Source: Tissierella sp. (GTDB taxonomy: Bacteria; Bacillota; Clostridia; Tissierellales; Tissierellaceae). From it: a DNA stretch of 64,000 nt. Position 1 is the first letter of the stretch, and each line of letters starts with the position of its first letter. The DNA lies in assembly GCA_012735585.1 (NCBI GenBank), contig JAAYGX010000065.1:68-64067 (forward strand), read 5' to 3'. This document shows, in pieces, positions 27,701-37,411 of the stretch. The translations under genes and the position numbers were made by a program. Under the pieces are notes generated by a model. That model was not told the DNA's origin, did not search any database, and was given only the letters and a program-made list of their open reading frames with translations.

Positions 27701-28900
27701 ATGTTTGTAGATATATTATCTGATTTTTGGGCAAGTACTGGATTTGCGATTATGGAGTATGGTCAGCTCATTATGCTTCTTATATCCTTCGGTTTACTAT
27801 ATCTAGCTCTAGCAAAAGGTTTTGAACCTTTATTACTTATCCCTATAGCATTTGGGATGCTTCTGGCTAACTTACCAGGAGCAGACTTAATGAAGGAACC
27901 TATAGTAGAGATTATACAGGATCCAAATACAGGAGAGCTGGTCTCTCAAACTAAGGAAGTTGGGGGTTTACTATATTATCTATATCAGGGAGTAAAATTA
28001 GGTATATACCCTCCGCTTATTTTCTTAGGTGTAGGAGCAATGACGGATTTTGGACCATTAATTGCCAATCCAAAGAGTATATTATTAGGAGCAGCTGCTC
28101 AATTTGGAATTTTTGCAACCTTTATTGGAGCAATTTTGCTTAATTCATCAGGATTAGTAGCATTTACTGCAAAAGAAGCGGCATCAATAGCAATAATAGG
28201 TGGAGCAGATGGACCAACGGCATTATACCTTACTTCAAAATTAGCACCTCAGTTATTAGGACCAATAGCCGTGGCAGCCTACTCTTATATGGCACTAGTC
28301 CCTATTATACAGCCACCAATAATGAAGGCTCTAACCACTAAGGAAGAAAGAGAAATTGTAATGAATCAATTGAGAGTTGTTTCAAAGAAAGAAAAGGTTA
28401 TATTTCCTATTATGGTTACAGTAGTAGTCTCATTATTACTACCATCAGCGGCATCATTAGTAGGTATGTTGATGCTAGGAAACCTATTTAAAGAATCACT
28501 ACTTGCTGATCGATTATCTGAAACAGCACAAAATGAACTTATGAATATAGTAACAATATTCCTTGGAATAACTGTAGGAGCTACTGCAAATGCACAAACT
28601 TTCTTATCCACAAAAACTTTGAGTATAATTGCACTTGGACTAGTAGCATTCTCTATAGGAACTGCATCTGGAGTAATATTTGGTAAGATTATGTGTAAAC
28701 TATCAGGTGGAAAGATAAATCCACTAATAGGTTCAGCTGGTGTATCAGCAGTGCCGATGGCAGCAAGGGTTTCACAAAAAGTTGGACAAGAAGCAAATCC
28801 AAGAAATTTTTTACTTATGCATGCTATGGGACCAAATGTAGCAGGAGTTATAGGTTCTGCAATAGCCGCAGGAATGTTGCTTAATTTCTTTGGTGGTTAA
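27701..28900 (+). CDS. Na+-translocating decarboxylase beta subunit (OadB/MmdB/GcdB family)
   Basis: 399 aa polytopic protein with family-typical segments ([24 protein letters not shown]). Confidence 0.92.
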   Translation: MFVDILSDFWASTGFAIMEYGQLIMLLISFGLLYLALAKGFEPLLLIPIAFGMLLANLPGADLMKEPIVEIIQDPNTGELVSQTKEVGGLLYYLYQGVKLGIYPPLIFLGVGAMTDFGPLIANPKSILLGAAAQFGIFATFIGAILLNSSGLVAFTAKEAASIAIIGGADGPTALYLTSKLAPQLLGPIAVAAYSYMALVPIIQPPIMKALTTKEEREIVMNQLRVVSKKEKVIFPIMVTVVVSLLLPSAASLVGMLMLGNLFKESLLADRLSETAQNELMNIVTIFLGITVGATANAQTFLSTKTLSIIALGLVAFSIGTASGVIFGKIMCKLSGGKINPLIGSAGVSAVPMAARVSQKVGQEANPRNFLLMHAMGPNVAGVIGSAIAAGMLLNFFGG

Positions 28901-28965
28901 AAATATATGTTATAAAGCTTAGATTCCCCCAATATATAGTAGTATTTTTGATCAACTAAAAAGAA

Positions 28966-29014
28966 CAAAAACTTGAGTCTCTAAGTCAACATAGATGACT
29001 CAAGTTTTTGTTTT
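28966..29014 (+). terminator. rho-independent terminator ending the long cit-mmd gene string
   Basis: ACTTGAGTC (28971-28979) pairs with GACTCAAGT (28997-29005), followed by TTTTGTTTT. Confidence 0.8.
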
Positions 29015-29015
29015 A

Positions 29016-29045
29016 TTGTACTACTATTTACGATTATGTTATAAT
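29016..29045 (+). promoter_or_regulatory. candidate promoter of accBCDA
   Basis: TTGTAC (29016-29021), 18 nt spacer, TGtTATAAT extended -10 (29037-29045). Confidence 0.45.
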
Positions 29046-29096
29046 ATCGATTATACAAATAATAATAATTATTTGTGAATTTAAGGAGGTGAACAA

Positions 29097-29546
29097 GTGG
29101 ATATTAAAGATATTAAGGACTTGATTACAATAATAAATAGTACAGACATAGAAACTGTAGAAATTCAAAAAAGTGATATAAGAATTATGATCACAAAAGG
29201 TAATGGGACTAGTAGTAATACACAAAAAATAGATCAACTTGCTGATCAGGAGATTGTAAAAGAAGTAAAAGTAGTGGAGAAAGATACTGATACAACAGCA
29301 GATGATAATATTTATATGGTAAGATCACCAATGGTAGGCACATTTTATGCATCCTCCAGCCCAGGGGCAGCTCCTTTTGTTAAAGTAGGAGATAAGGTAG
29401 AACATGGCCAAACCCTATGTATTGTTGAAGCGATGAAGACAATGAATGAAATTGAAAGTGAAGTATCTGGACAAGTTGTTGAGATGCTTGTAAGTGATGA
29501 AGATATTGTAGAGTATGGGCAAGCTTTAATGAAGGTTAGGAGGTAG
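29097..29546 (+). CDS. accB: acetyl-CoA carboxylase biotin carboxyl carrier protein
   Basis: 149 aa with the biotinyl motif VEAMKTMNEIE. GTG start after AAGGAGG. First gene of accBCDA. Confidence 0.9.
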   Translation: MDIKDIKDLITIINSTDIETVEIQKSDIRIMITKGNGTSSNTQKIDQLADQEIVKEVKVVEKDTDTTADDNIYMVRSPMVGTFYASSSPGAAPFVKVGDKVEHGQTLCIVEAMKTMNEIESEVSGQVVEMLVSDEDIVEYGQALMKVRR

Positions 29547-29549
29547 CTA

Positions 29550-30902
29550 ATGTTTAAAAAGATATTGATTGCCAATAGGGGTGAAATAGCAGTTAGGATA
29601 ATCAGAACCTGTAAAGATATGGGAATCAAAACAGTAGCCATATATTCAGAAATAGATGAAGAATCAATTCATGTACATATGGCAGATGAAGCTATTTGCA
29701 TAGGTCCTAGTCAATCCAAAAAAAGTTATTTAAATATAGATAGTATCATAAGTGCAGCCCTAGTGACAAAAGCAGAGGCGTTACATCCAGGTTATGGTTT
29801 TTTATCTGAAAATAAGGATTTAATAGATGCTTGTAACCTTAACAATATAGCGTTTATTGGACCTAGAAAAAGACACATGGAAATCATGGGAGACAAATCC
29901 CAAGCTAGAAAAATAATGATGGAAGCAGGAGTTCCTGTAGTCCCAGGAACTAAGGAATCTACCAACAATGCTGAAGAAGCCTTTGAAATGGCTAAAGAAG
30001 TAGGATATCCCCTAATGATCAAAGCATCCAGTGGTGGTGGCGGAAGGGGAATGCGAATAGTTTATAATGAAGAAGAATTCATAAGTAAATTTAACACAGC
30101 AAAGGCAGAATCCCTTGTAGGATTTAACGATGATGCTATGTATATAGAAAAATATATCGAAAATCCAAGACATGTTGAATTTCAAATACTTGCAGATACC
30201 TATGGAAATGTAATACACTTAGGTGAAAGGGACTGCTCCATACAAAGGAGAAATCAAAAAGTACTAGAAGAGGCTCCTTGTAATATCATAAGTCAGGAAC
30301 TTAGGGAGAAAATTGGAGAAGTAGCACTCAAAGCTGCAAAGGCTGTAGCTTATGTAAATGCAGGGACTATTGAATTCTTACTAGATAAGCATAATGATTT
30401 TTATTTTATGGAGATGAATACAAGGATACAAGTTGAGCATCCTATTACAGAGCAAATAACAGGTGTTGATCTTGTAAAAGAGCAAATCAAAATAGCTTAT
30501 GGTGACAAATTAGATTTAACTCAAGAAGATATAGTTATCAATGGTCATGCAATAGAATGTAGAATCAATGCTGAAGATCCTGATAAGAATTTTAGACCTA
30601 GTCCAGGTAAAATTGAGACATATTTCGCACCAGGGGGCTATGGTATTAGAGTAGATACCCATATTTATTCTGATTATACGATTCCACCAACTTATGATTC
30701 AATGATAGGAAAACTGATCGTATGGGGTCAAGATAGAAAAGATGCAATAGAAAGAATGAAGAGAGCGCTGGATGAGATGGTCATAATTGGTATAAAGACC
30801 AATATTGATTTTCAAAAACAGATTTTATCTAATGAAAAATTCTTAGAGAACAAGATAGATACTTCATTTATTGAAAAGGAAATGTTTAACAATGATAATT
30901 AG
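29550..30902 (+). CDS. accC: acetyl-CoA carboxylase biotin carboxylase
   Basis: 450 aa: [19 protein letters not shown], an ATP-grasp domain, and [11 protein letters not shown]. Confidence 0.95.
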   Translation: MFKKILIANRGEIAVRIIRTCKDMGIKTVAIYSEIDEESIHVHMADEAICIGPSQSKKSYLNIDSIISAALVTKAEALHPGYGFLSENKDLIDACNLNNIAFIGPRKRHMEIMGDKSQARKIMMEAGVPVVPGTKESTNNAEEAFEMAKEVGYPLMIKASSGGGGRGMRIVYNEEEFISKFNTAKAESLVGFNDDAMYIEKYIENPRHVEFQILADTYGNVIHLGERDCSIQRRNQKVLEEAPCNIISQELREKIGEVALKAAKAVAYVNAGTIEFLLDKHNDFYFMEMNTRIQVEHPITEQITGVDLVKEQIKIAYGDKLDLTQEDIVINGHAIECRINAEDPDKNFRPSPGKIETYFAPGGYGIRVDTHIYSDYTIPPTYDSMIGKLIVWGQDRKDAIERMKRALDEMVIIGIKTNIDFQKQILSNEKFLENKIDTSFIEKEMFNNDN

Positions 30903-30916
30903 ATTGGGGGCAGAAA

Positions 30917-31744
30917 ATGCTTAAAAATTTCTTTAGTAGAAAGAAAAAGTACGCTACAGTAACTTTTGAAGAAGATAAAAAAATACAAAGCCCTTTAGAA
31001 ATAAATAATATAAAGCAAAGTACAAATACTTCGCATGATAAGATTAAGGATTCTAGAATCAATTCTAGAAAAAGGATAGAGGATTTAGTAGATAAAGACA
31101 CATTTATAGAATATGATATGGAACTTAAAAGTTCTAATCCATTGGATTTTCCTGAGTATAACTTAAAGATTGAAAAAGCTGAAAAAGACTCAGATGAAAA
31201 TGAAGGAGTTATCACAGGTGAAGGAAAAATTGATGGAGAAAAAGTAATTCTATGTGTAATGAATCCTAGTTTTATGATGGGAAGTATGGGATCTGTAGTA
31301 GGAGAAAAGATAACTAGAGCCATTGAAAAGGCTTTGGAAAAAAGACTTGCTCTTATTATATTTTGTGCATCAGGTGGTGCAAGAATGCAAGAAGGGATAT
31401 TATCCCTTATGCAAATGGCAAAGACATCTGCTGCATTGGGAAGATTAGCTGACGCGGGAATACTCTATATATCTGTTTTAACAGATCCTACAACTGGAGG
31501 AGTTACTGCAAGTTTTGCTATGCTAGGTGATATCATTATTGCAGAGCCAGGAGCATTGATTGGTTTTGCAGGACCTAGGGTCATAGAGCAAACTATAAGG
31601 AGAAAGCTTCCAGAAGGATTTCAAAGGGCAGAAATGTTGTTGGAGAAGGGATTTATAGATAAAATCGTAAAGACAGAGGATATGAAAAGGGTACTTTCTC
31701 AAGTGTTAAAACTTCATTCATTAGGTGGTGATATAGATGAGTAA
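30917..31744 (+). CDS. accD: acetyl-CoA carboxylase carboxyltransferase beta subunit, without the N-terminal Cys4 zinc ribbon
   Basis: The core is collinear with AccD ([37 protein letters not shown]). The first ~55 residues contain no cysteine. Confidence 0.9.
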   Translation: MLKNFFSRKKKYATVTFEEDKKIQSPLEINNIKQSTNTSHDKIKDSRINSRKRIEDLVDKDTFIEYDMELKSSNPLDFPEYNLKIEKAEKDSDENEGVITGEGKIDGEKVILCVMNPSFMMGSMGSVVGEKITRAIEKALEKRLALIIFCASGGARMQEGILSLMQMAKTSAALGRLADAGILYISVLTDPTTGGVTASFAMLGDIIIAEPGALIGFAGPRVIEQTIRRKLPEGFQRAEMLLEKGFIDKIVKTEDMKRVLSQVLKLHSLGGDIDE

Positions 31745-32687
31745 GGTTTTAGAGTTTGAGAAACCAATTATAGAATTGGAAAAAAAGATTGCTGAACTAA
31801 GAAAATTCTCCGAGGAAAATGATGTTGATTTATCTCATGAGATATATATTCTGGTGAGAAAAGCAAAACAGATGAAAAAACAGATCTATGACAATCCAAG
31901 CCCTTGGAATAGAGTAAATATCGCAAGATTTCAAAGTAGGCCTACTACATTAGATTATATCGATTTATTTATAGAGGATTTTATAGAACTACATGGAGAT
32001 AGATACTTTGGTGATGATAGCGCCATAGTAGGTGGAATTGGTAGATTTGAAGGTAGCGCTGTTACCATAATAGGTCATCAAAAGGGAAATTGTACAAAGG
32101 AAAACTTAAGTAGGAACTTTGGTATGCCCAACCCAGAAGGCTATCGAAAGGCATTAAGATTAATGAAACAAGCAGAAAAATTTAATCGACCAATTATTAC
32201 CTTTATCGATACACCTGGTGCCTACCCTGGCATAGAAGCAGAAGAAAGAGGCCAAGGTGAAGCCATAGCCTTAAATCTTATGGAAATGAGTAGATTAAAA
32301 ACTCCTATAATATCCATAGTAATAGGTGAAGGCGGTAGTGGTGGTGCTTTGGCACTAGGAGTAGGCGACAAAGTAGCCATGCTTGAAAACTCCGTATACT
32401 CAGTAATATCTCCTGAAGGCCTGGCTAGTATATTATGGAAGGATGCCAGCCAAGCAGAAAAAGGTGCTAATGTAATGAAGTTGACAGCCCAGGATTTATT
32501 GTCAATGGAAGTCATAGATGATATCATTACTGAACCTCGAGGTGGAGCACATAAGGATGTGGATCATACTGCTGATAATATAAGAAAGTATATATCAGAG
32601 TCATTGCCATCACTAATGAAAACAAATATAGATGAATTACTCTTTAAAAGATATGAGAAGTTTAGAAATATAGGAGTATGGCAATAA
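31737..32687 (+). CDS. accA: acetyl-CoA carboxylase carboxyltransferase alpha subunit
   Basis: 316 aa: [23 protein letters not shown] and [11 protein letters not shown]. Overlaps accD by 8 nt. Confidence 0.95.
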   Translation: MSKVLEFEKPIIELEKKIAELRKFSEENDVDLSHEIYILVRKAKQMKKQIYDNPSPWNRVNIARFQSRPTTLDYIDLFIEDFIELHGDRYFGDDSAIVGGIGRFEGSAVTIIGHQKGNCTKENLSRNFGMPNPEGYRKALRLMKQAEKFNRPIITFIDTPGAYPGIEAEERGQGEAIALNLMEMSRLKTPIISIVIGEGGSGGALALGVGDKVAMLENSVYSVISPEGLASILWKDASQAEKGANVMKLTAQDLLSMEVIDDIITEPRGGAHKDVDHTADNIRKYISESLPSLMKTNIDELLFKRYEKFRNIGVWQ

Positions 32688-32784
32688 AAGTAATGGGTTT
32701 GGATTTTATCTAAGCCCATTATTTGTAATTTAGCATAAAAAGGGTATCAGTATAAAATGAAAGAACTTATATAAAATTATAAGG

Positions 32785-34770
32785 ATGGTTAACATGAGGA
32801 AAGAACATGTGGAATATCTAAAAGATTTACCTATTAATATACACTTAGCTAATATAATGGAATATCCAATACATTGGAAAGAGTCCATAGAGATCCTATT
32901 TGTATTAAGAGGCTCAATCAAGCTAGGTGTTGAAACAGAAAGTTATGAACTAAAGGAAAGGCAAATAGAAATAGTAAACTCCAATGAAGTTTTTTGGATG
33001 AAATCAGATGACCCTGAAAACTTAGTACTTATTGTAAATATAGATCCCAACTTCTTTGAAAAGTATTACGATGATGCAAAAGAAATTTTCTTCTACACGG
33101 ATTCTTCAAATGAAGAAATTCAGGAAAATGAAAAATACTATACATTAAGAAGATACTTATCTATACTTTTATTTGAGGCCGTCTCCAAACTAGATGATTA
33201 TGAAGATATGGTAGAAGATCATTTACTTGAAATGATGTATTATCTATTAAATAACTTTCACTATCTTTATTATGAGGCAGAAAATCTAGAAGAGGATGAG
33301 GCATTATTAGAACGATACCATAGAATAGATAAATATATCAGCAATAATTATATGTATAAAGTAAGTCTCCAAGATATAGCAGAGCAGGAGTTTCTAAGTT
33401 CCCAATATCTATCTTACAAAATCAAGGATACATTTGGATTGGGATTTAATGATTATTTAAATAAAATTCGAGTGGAGGAATCTACAAAGCTGCTATTAAC
33501 TACAGATCGATCTATATCTGATATTTCCGAAGAAGTAGGATTTTCTCATATAAGATATTATAATAAACATTTCAAACTTCACTATAATATGACCCCTTCC
33601 CAATATAGGAAGAGATACAAGGTTAGCGAAGAAGCATTAGAGAAACAAAAAAGGATTAAATACAAAGATATAACAGAAGCAGTTGCCTATTTAAAATCCC
33701 ATTTAGAAGACTATGAAAGATATAATTATGATAACAAAATAATTAAGCTGGATTTTGATTTGAATAGTGAGATCACATCTGAGTTCCATAAGCCGGATAT
33801 TATAAATCTAGGAAATGCATCTTTATTATTAGAAGAAGAAAACAGAAGAATACTGGAAGATATACAGTTTAAGATCAATTTTAAATATGCTATTATAAAT
33901 AATCTGTTTTCTGATGACATGGATATATATAGAGGTAAGAACCATAGATTTATCAATTGGACTAGAGTGGAAAATATACTTGACTTTATATTGAGTCAAA
34001 AAATCATTCCGATAATAGATATTAAAGGTGTGGAGAAGCATATCATAGAAGATTTTATTTCTAATTTTTCCTATATATATGATCAAGATGTAAGCGAATG
34101 GTTAAGTACAGATATTGAAGAATTCAAATCCAATTTTCTTAAAGAAGGTATACACTCTTTAAATGATACTATGAATTTGGTGCCTTATATAATTTATAGC
34201 TATACCCACGAAAACCGTAGGCTGATTTTAAAGATGATAGATGATATCTCTAAGGATACAGTCCTAGACAATGATACATTCTATGGGGGAGATGGTATAT
34301 TTACTAATAATTATCTCAATAAACCCTCATATTACGCCTTAATGTTATTATCCTTATTAGGTGAAGAGATTATATATAGGGACGAAGGCTATATAATGAC
34401 AAAATCAGAAGAAGGATATCAATTGCTCTTGTTTAATCCAACCATGATAACAGAAGATATATTATATAATGCCTCTCCTATGACGAAACCAAAGGAGAGA
34501 AAGGTCTCCATAAACCTTTATAATATGTCGGGAGATTTTCAAATAACAAAATATGATTTAAATAAAAGTTATGGATCTTCCTATGATAAATGGGCTTATT
34601 TAGGAAAGCCAGAGAGAATTGATAATTGGCACTGGGAACTATTGAAGGAGTATAGCCATCCAAATGTCAGATACTTTTATGGAAAAAAATCAATGGTATT
34701 TAATATAAGAACAACAGTTAAACCCAATGGTGTAGTATTATATATATTAAATAATACAAATGATGAATAA
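32785..34770 (+). CDS. AraC-family transcriptional regulator with a large (~370 aa) C-terminal extension
   Basis: N-terminal cupin-like region and an AraC HTH (ISDISEEVGFSHIRYYNKHFKLHYNMTPSQYRK) around residues 190-290. A long non-HTH domain of unrecognised family follows. Confidence 0.75.
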   Translation: MVNMRKEHVEYLKDLPINIHLANIMEYPIHWKESIEILFVLRGSIKLGVETESYELKERQIEIVNSNEVFWMKSDDPENLVLIVNIDPNFFEKYYDDAKEIFFYTDSSNEEIQENEKYYTLRRYLSILLFEAVSKLDDYEDMVEDHLLEMMYYLLNNFHYLYYEAENLEEDEALLERYHRIDKYISNNYMYKVSLQDIAEQEFLSSQYLSYKIKDTFGLGFNDYLNKIRVEESTKLLLTTDRSISDISEEVGFSHIRYYNKHFKLHYNMTPSQYRKRYKVSEEALEKQKRIKYKDITEAVAYLKSHLEDYERYNYDNKIIKLDFDLNSEITSEFHKPDIINLGNASLLLEEENRRILEDIQFKINFKYAIINNLFSDDMDIYRGKNHRFINWTRVENILDFILSQKIIPIIDIKGVEKHIIEDFISNFSYIYDQDVSEWLSTDIEEFKSNFLKEGIHSLNDTMNLVPYIIYSYTHENRRLILKMIDDISKDTVLDNDTFYGGDGIFTNNYLNKPSYYALMLLSLLGEEIIYRDEGYIMTKSEEGYQLLLFNPTMITEDILYNASPMTKPKERKVSINLYNMSGDFQITKYDLNKSYGSSYDKWAYLGKPERIDNWHWELLKEYSHPNVRYFYGKKSMVFNIRTTVKPNGVVLYILNNTNDE

Positions 34771-34911
34771 ATTAGGGACTAAATTAAGGTTTTATGAAAA
34801 TCGATATTTTTGAAAAACAATAAAATAGTCCACAGAAGTGGATAAAGCGGTCAATGACTCAAACCTCCAAAAATGATAAGATTATCAAGTATTCAAACTG
34901 GAGGTTTTATT

Positions 34912-36288
34912 ATGGGCAGTAAAAGCAGTAAATTATTTAAAGAAGAAAAAATAGGTAAGTTATTATTAAGATTTTCTATACCTATTATAATAGCATTTTT
35001 AATATCAGAATTATACAATATGGTTGATACAGTGTTCGTAGGTAATTATGTAGGACCCTTAGGTATAGGTGCACTTGTCTTGGTATTTCCTATTCAAAGG
35101 ATCATATTCGCAATCGGTATTATGATAGCAATAGGTTCTTCTACAACTTTTTCAAGGGAATTAGGTAGGAGAAATACAGAGAATGCAATCAAGGTAGTAA
35201 ACAATGGGCTTTCATTTTCATTGGGATTGATGACTATATTGACTTTTGCAGTATATTTATTCAAGGAGAAAATCCTATTATTGATGGGAGCTAGTCCTGA
35301 TATACTACCATATGCTATGGAGTATTTAGGTGGTATTATATTTGGTAGTGTGTTTTTATGTCTTACAATATTTATATCTAATATAATGATATCCTTAGGT
35401 AATAATAAACTATCTATTATAACGAACAGTATAGGAGCCATAACCAATATAGTACTTAATTATATATTAGTAGTAAATTTTAAAATGGGAGTTACAGGAG
35501 CGGCAATAGCTACAACAGTTTCCCAAATAATTGGATTTTCTTATGGTTTTTATAAATTTATTAGGGTAGCAAAAGAAAATAATATTAATTTAAAATTGGA
35601 ATTGGATCAAAGGATTATAATTCCTGTTATAACAGTAGGATTATCAGCCTTTGTTGTGGAAGCAGAAGATGGCATACTTATGGCAGTCTTAAATAATCTA
35701 TTGGCAAATACAGTTGGTGATAGTGGTATAGTTGTATTAGGTGTTATATCAAAGTTATATATGTTTTTATTTATTACCATGTTTGGAATAGCATCAGCTA
35801 TGCAGCCAATTGCAGCATATAATATGGGTGCGAAAAATTATAGAAGATTAAAGTCCCTAATGAAAAAGACGACTTTATACGCATTTTTAACATCTGTAGT
35901 CCTATGGACTTTTATGATGATATTTGCCCCACAATTGATTTCAATATTTGTCAAAGAGCAAACCATAATTGCAGAATCTGTTAAAGCTTTTAGAATAATG
36001 ATATCTGTATTCCCTATTATAAGCGTATATTATGTTTCAATATATTATTTCCAGGCAATGGGAAAGGCAAAAACATCTTTGATGGTATGTTTATTGAGAC
36101 AAATAGCAATCATGATTCCTTTATCAATAATATTAGTAAAGGGTTTCAATATGGGGGCCATGGGAGTATGGTTATCCTATCCAATAGCAGATATACTATC
36201 TAGCCTTTTATCCTATATGCTAATTAGAAATGAAGGAATGGAATTAGGTATAATTATTGAGAAACAAGGTCGAGAAAAGTTAGCTTAA
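34912..36288 (+). CDS. MATE-family efflux transporter
   Basis: 12-TM type sequence with a MATE-like N-terminus (LLLRFSIPIIIAFLISELYNMVDTVFVG). I prefer ATG 34912 after GGAGG over the tracked 34873. Confidence 0.85.
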   Translation: MGSKSSKLFKEEKIGKLLLRFSIPIIIAFLISELYNMVDTVFVGNYVGPLGIGALVLVFPIQRIIFAIGIMIAIGSSTTFSRELGRRNTENAIKVVNNGLSFSLGLMTILTFAVYLFKEKILLLMGASPDILPYAMEYLGGIIFGSVFLCLTIFISNIMISLGNNKLSIITNSIGAITNIVLNYILVVNFKMGVTGAAIATTVSQIIGFSYGFYKFIRVAKENNINLKLELDQRIIIPVITVGLSAFVVEAEDGILMAVLNNLLANTVGDSGIVVLGVISKLYMFLFITMFGIASAMQPIAAYNMGAKNYRRLKSLMKKTTLYAFLTSVVLWTFMMIFAPQLISIFVKEQTIIAESVKAFRIMISVFPIISVYYVSIYYFQAMGKAKTSLMVCLLRQIAIMIPLSIILVKGFNMGAMGVWLSYPIADILSSLLSYMLIRNEGMELGIIIEKQGREKLA

Positions 36289-36318
36289 AATTAAAAGTAT
36301 CATTCTGAACTGTCTTAT

Positions 36319-36387
36319 TGTCATTCTGAGCGTAGCGAAGAATCTAGGGTTTTAAAACCACAGATCCTTCGCCAAGTTTAGGATGAC
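36319..36387. repeat. nested-palindrome intergenic repeat, copy 2
   Basis: TGTCATTCTGAGCGTAGCGAAGAATCT ... AGATCCTTCGCCAAGTTTAGGATGAC. Confidence 0.8.
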
Positions 36388-36503
36388 TTTTTTGTATAAA
36401 AAACAATAAAACACTTGTCAAAACACTTCGGAAGTGTTACTATAATAGTAGGTACACTTTACATATACAAATAAACCGTACCCATACAACAGGAGGGATA
36501 ATA

Positions 36504-36995
36504 ATGAGAAATGAATCTACAAAATCAATTACAAGAATTGCTGCTCTGATGGCATTAACCACTATAATGACAATGATAATTCAAATACCAACAATAGGCA
36601 CCAATGGATATTTGAATTTAGGCGATATGGTAGTGTTTATAGCTGCTATGATGCTTGGTAAAAAGGGAGGGTTTTTAGTAGGTGGATTAGGATCGGCTAT
36701 GGCTGATTTGCTCCTTGGATATACTCATTATGCTCCTATAACATTTCTTGTAAAAGGATTTGAAGGCTATATAGCAGGGGCATTACTAGAAACAAAGCTT
36801 GGTCAAAGCAAACCAATTTTTGCAACAAGTATAGGCGGTATATGGATGGCATTGGGATATTATATGGCAGAAATATTCATGTATGGTGGAGCTGCCGCAT
36901 TAGCATCTGTACCTGGTAATTTAATGCAAGGTATGCTAGGAGCTGTAACAGCTGTTATATTATATGTAGCATTAAAAAAGACAAGAATAGCATAG
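36504..36995 (+). CDS. small polytopic membrane protein, probably an ECF-transporter S component
   Basis: 163 aa with about five TM segments and a sequence style typical of ECF S components (IPTIGTNGYLNLGDMVVFIAAMMLG). Substrate unknown. Confidence 0.55.
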   Translation: MRNESTKSITRIAALMALTTIMTMIIQIPTIGTNGYLNLGDMVVFIAAMMLGKKGGFLVGGLGSAMADLLLGYTHYAPITFLVKGFEGYIAGALLETKLGQSKPIFATSIGGIWMALGYYMAEIFMYGGAAALASVPGNLMQGMLGAVTAVILYVALKKTRIA

Positions 36996-36997
36996 AT

Positions 36998-37037
36998 AAA
37001 AAACCCTGATTAAGAATTTCTTAATCAGGGTTTTTTT
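36998..37037. terminator. bidirectional terminator
   Basis: AAAAACCCTGATTAAG aatt TCTTAATCAGGGTTTTT, a perfect hairpin flanked by A- and T-runs between convergent genes. Confidence 0.85.
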
Positions 37038-37236
37038 ATTTTTCTATAACTCTATTTCTATCCATCAAAAATTTAATACAATAGATTCCTGCTAATGCTA
37101 CTAGCCCATATACTAGTCTACTTAAAAAAGCATCGCTGCCACCAAATATTGAAGCTACCAAATCAAATTGAAATAATGATATCAAACCCCAATTAAGAGC
37201 ACCAATAATGACTAAAATCAAAGCTAAACTATCCAT
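37036..37236 (-). CDS. DUF378-family small membrane protein
   Basis: 66 aa with the family-typical LVIIGALNWGLISLFQFDLVA. Confidence 0.8.
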   Translation of the reverse strand: MDSLALILVIIGALNWGLISLFQFDLVASIFGGSDAFLSRLVYGLVALAGIYCIKFLMDRNRVIEK

Positions 37237-37411
37237 AATTATCCTCCATTTAAATATTATTTTAAACTTTTACATTCATAGTATTACCTTTTATTAATAA
37301 AAATACACATAATTTAAATAACTTCAAGGAAGATTATAACTAATTTATCCATTTACATAATATTTTAGGTAGAAGTTGGCAATACTCATATAAAGTGGAA
37401 AAAGGTGATAA

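Noticed and set aside
29055-29076. 22-nt palindrome ACAAATAATAATAATTATTTGT between the acc promoter and the accB RBS, considered as a fatty-acid regulator operator.
   Set aside because: It is composed almost entirely of A/T in a very AT-rich spacer. Such dyads arise easily by chance, there is no second copy in the window, and no regulator gene is adjacent.
36388-36503. Possible riboswitch (for example preQ1 or a vitamin class) in the leader of the ECF S-component gene. Also the inverted repeat AACACTTC/GAAGTGTT overlapping a TTGTCA...TACTAT/TATAAT promoter.
   Set aside because: The only structure downstream of the promoter is a 5-bp GGTAC/GTACC stem with a 22-nt loop. I could not match it to any riboswitch consensus I know. 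The promoter-overlapping dyad might be an operator, but there is no supporting second copy.
37237-37411. Forespore sigma-G/sigma-F-type promoter upstream of the ger operon (CATAATA and CATATAA candidates).
   Set aside because: Neither candidate -10 has a convincing GnATA-type -35 at 17-18 nt spacing, so no promoter call was made.
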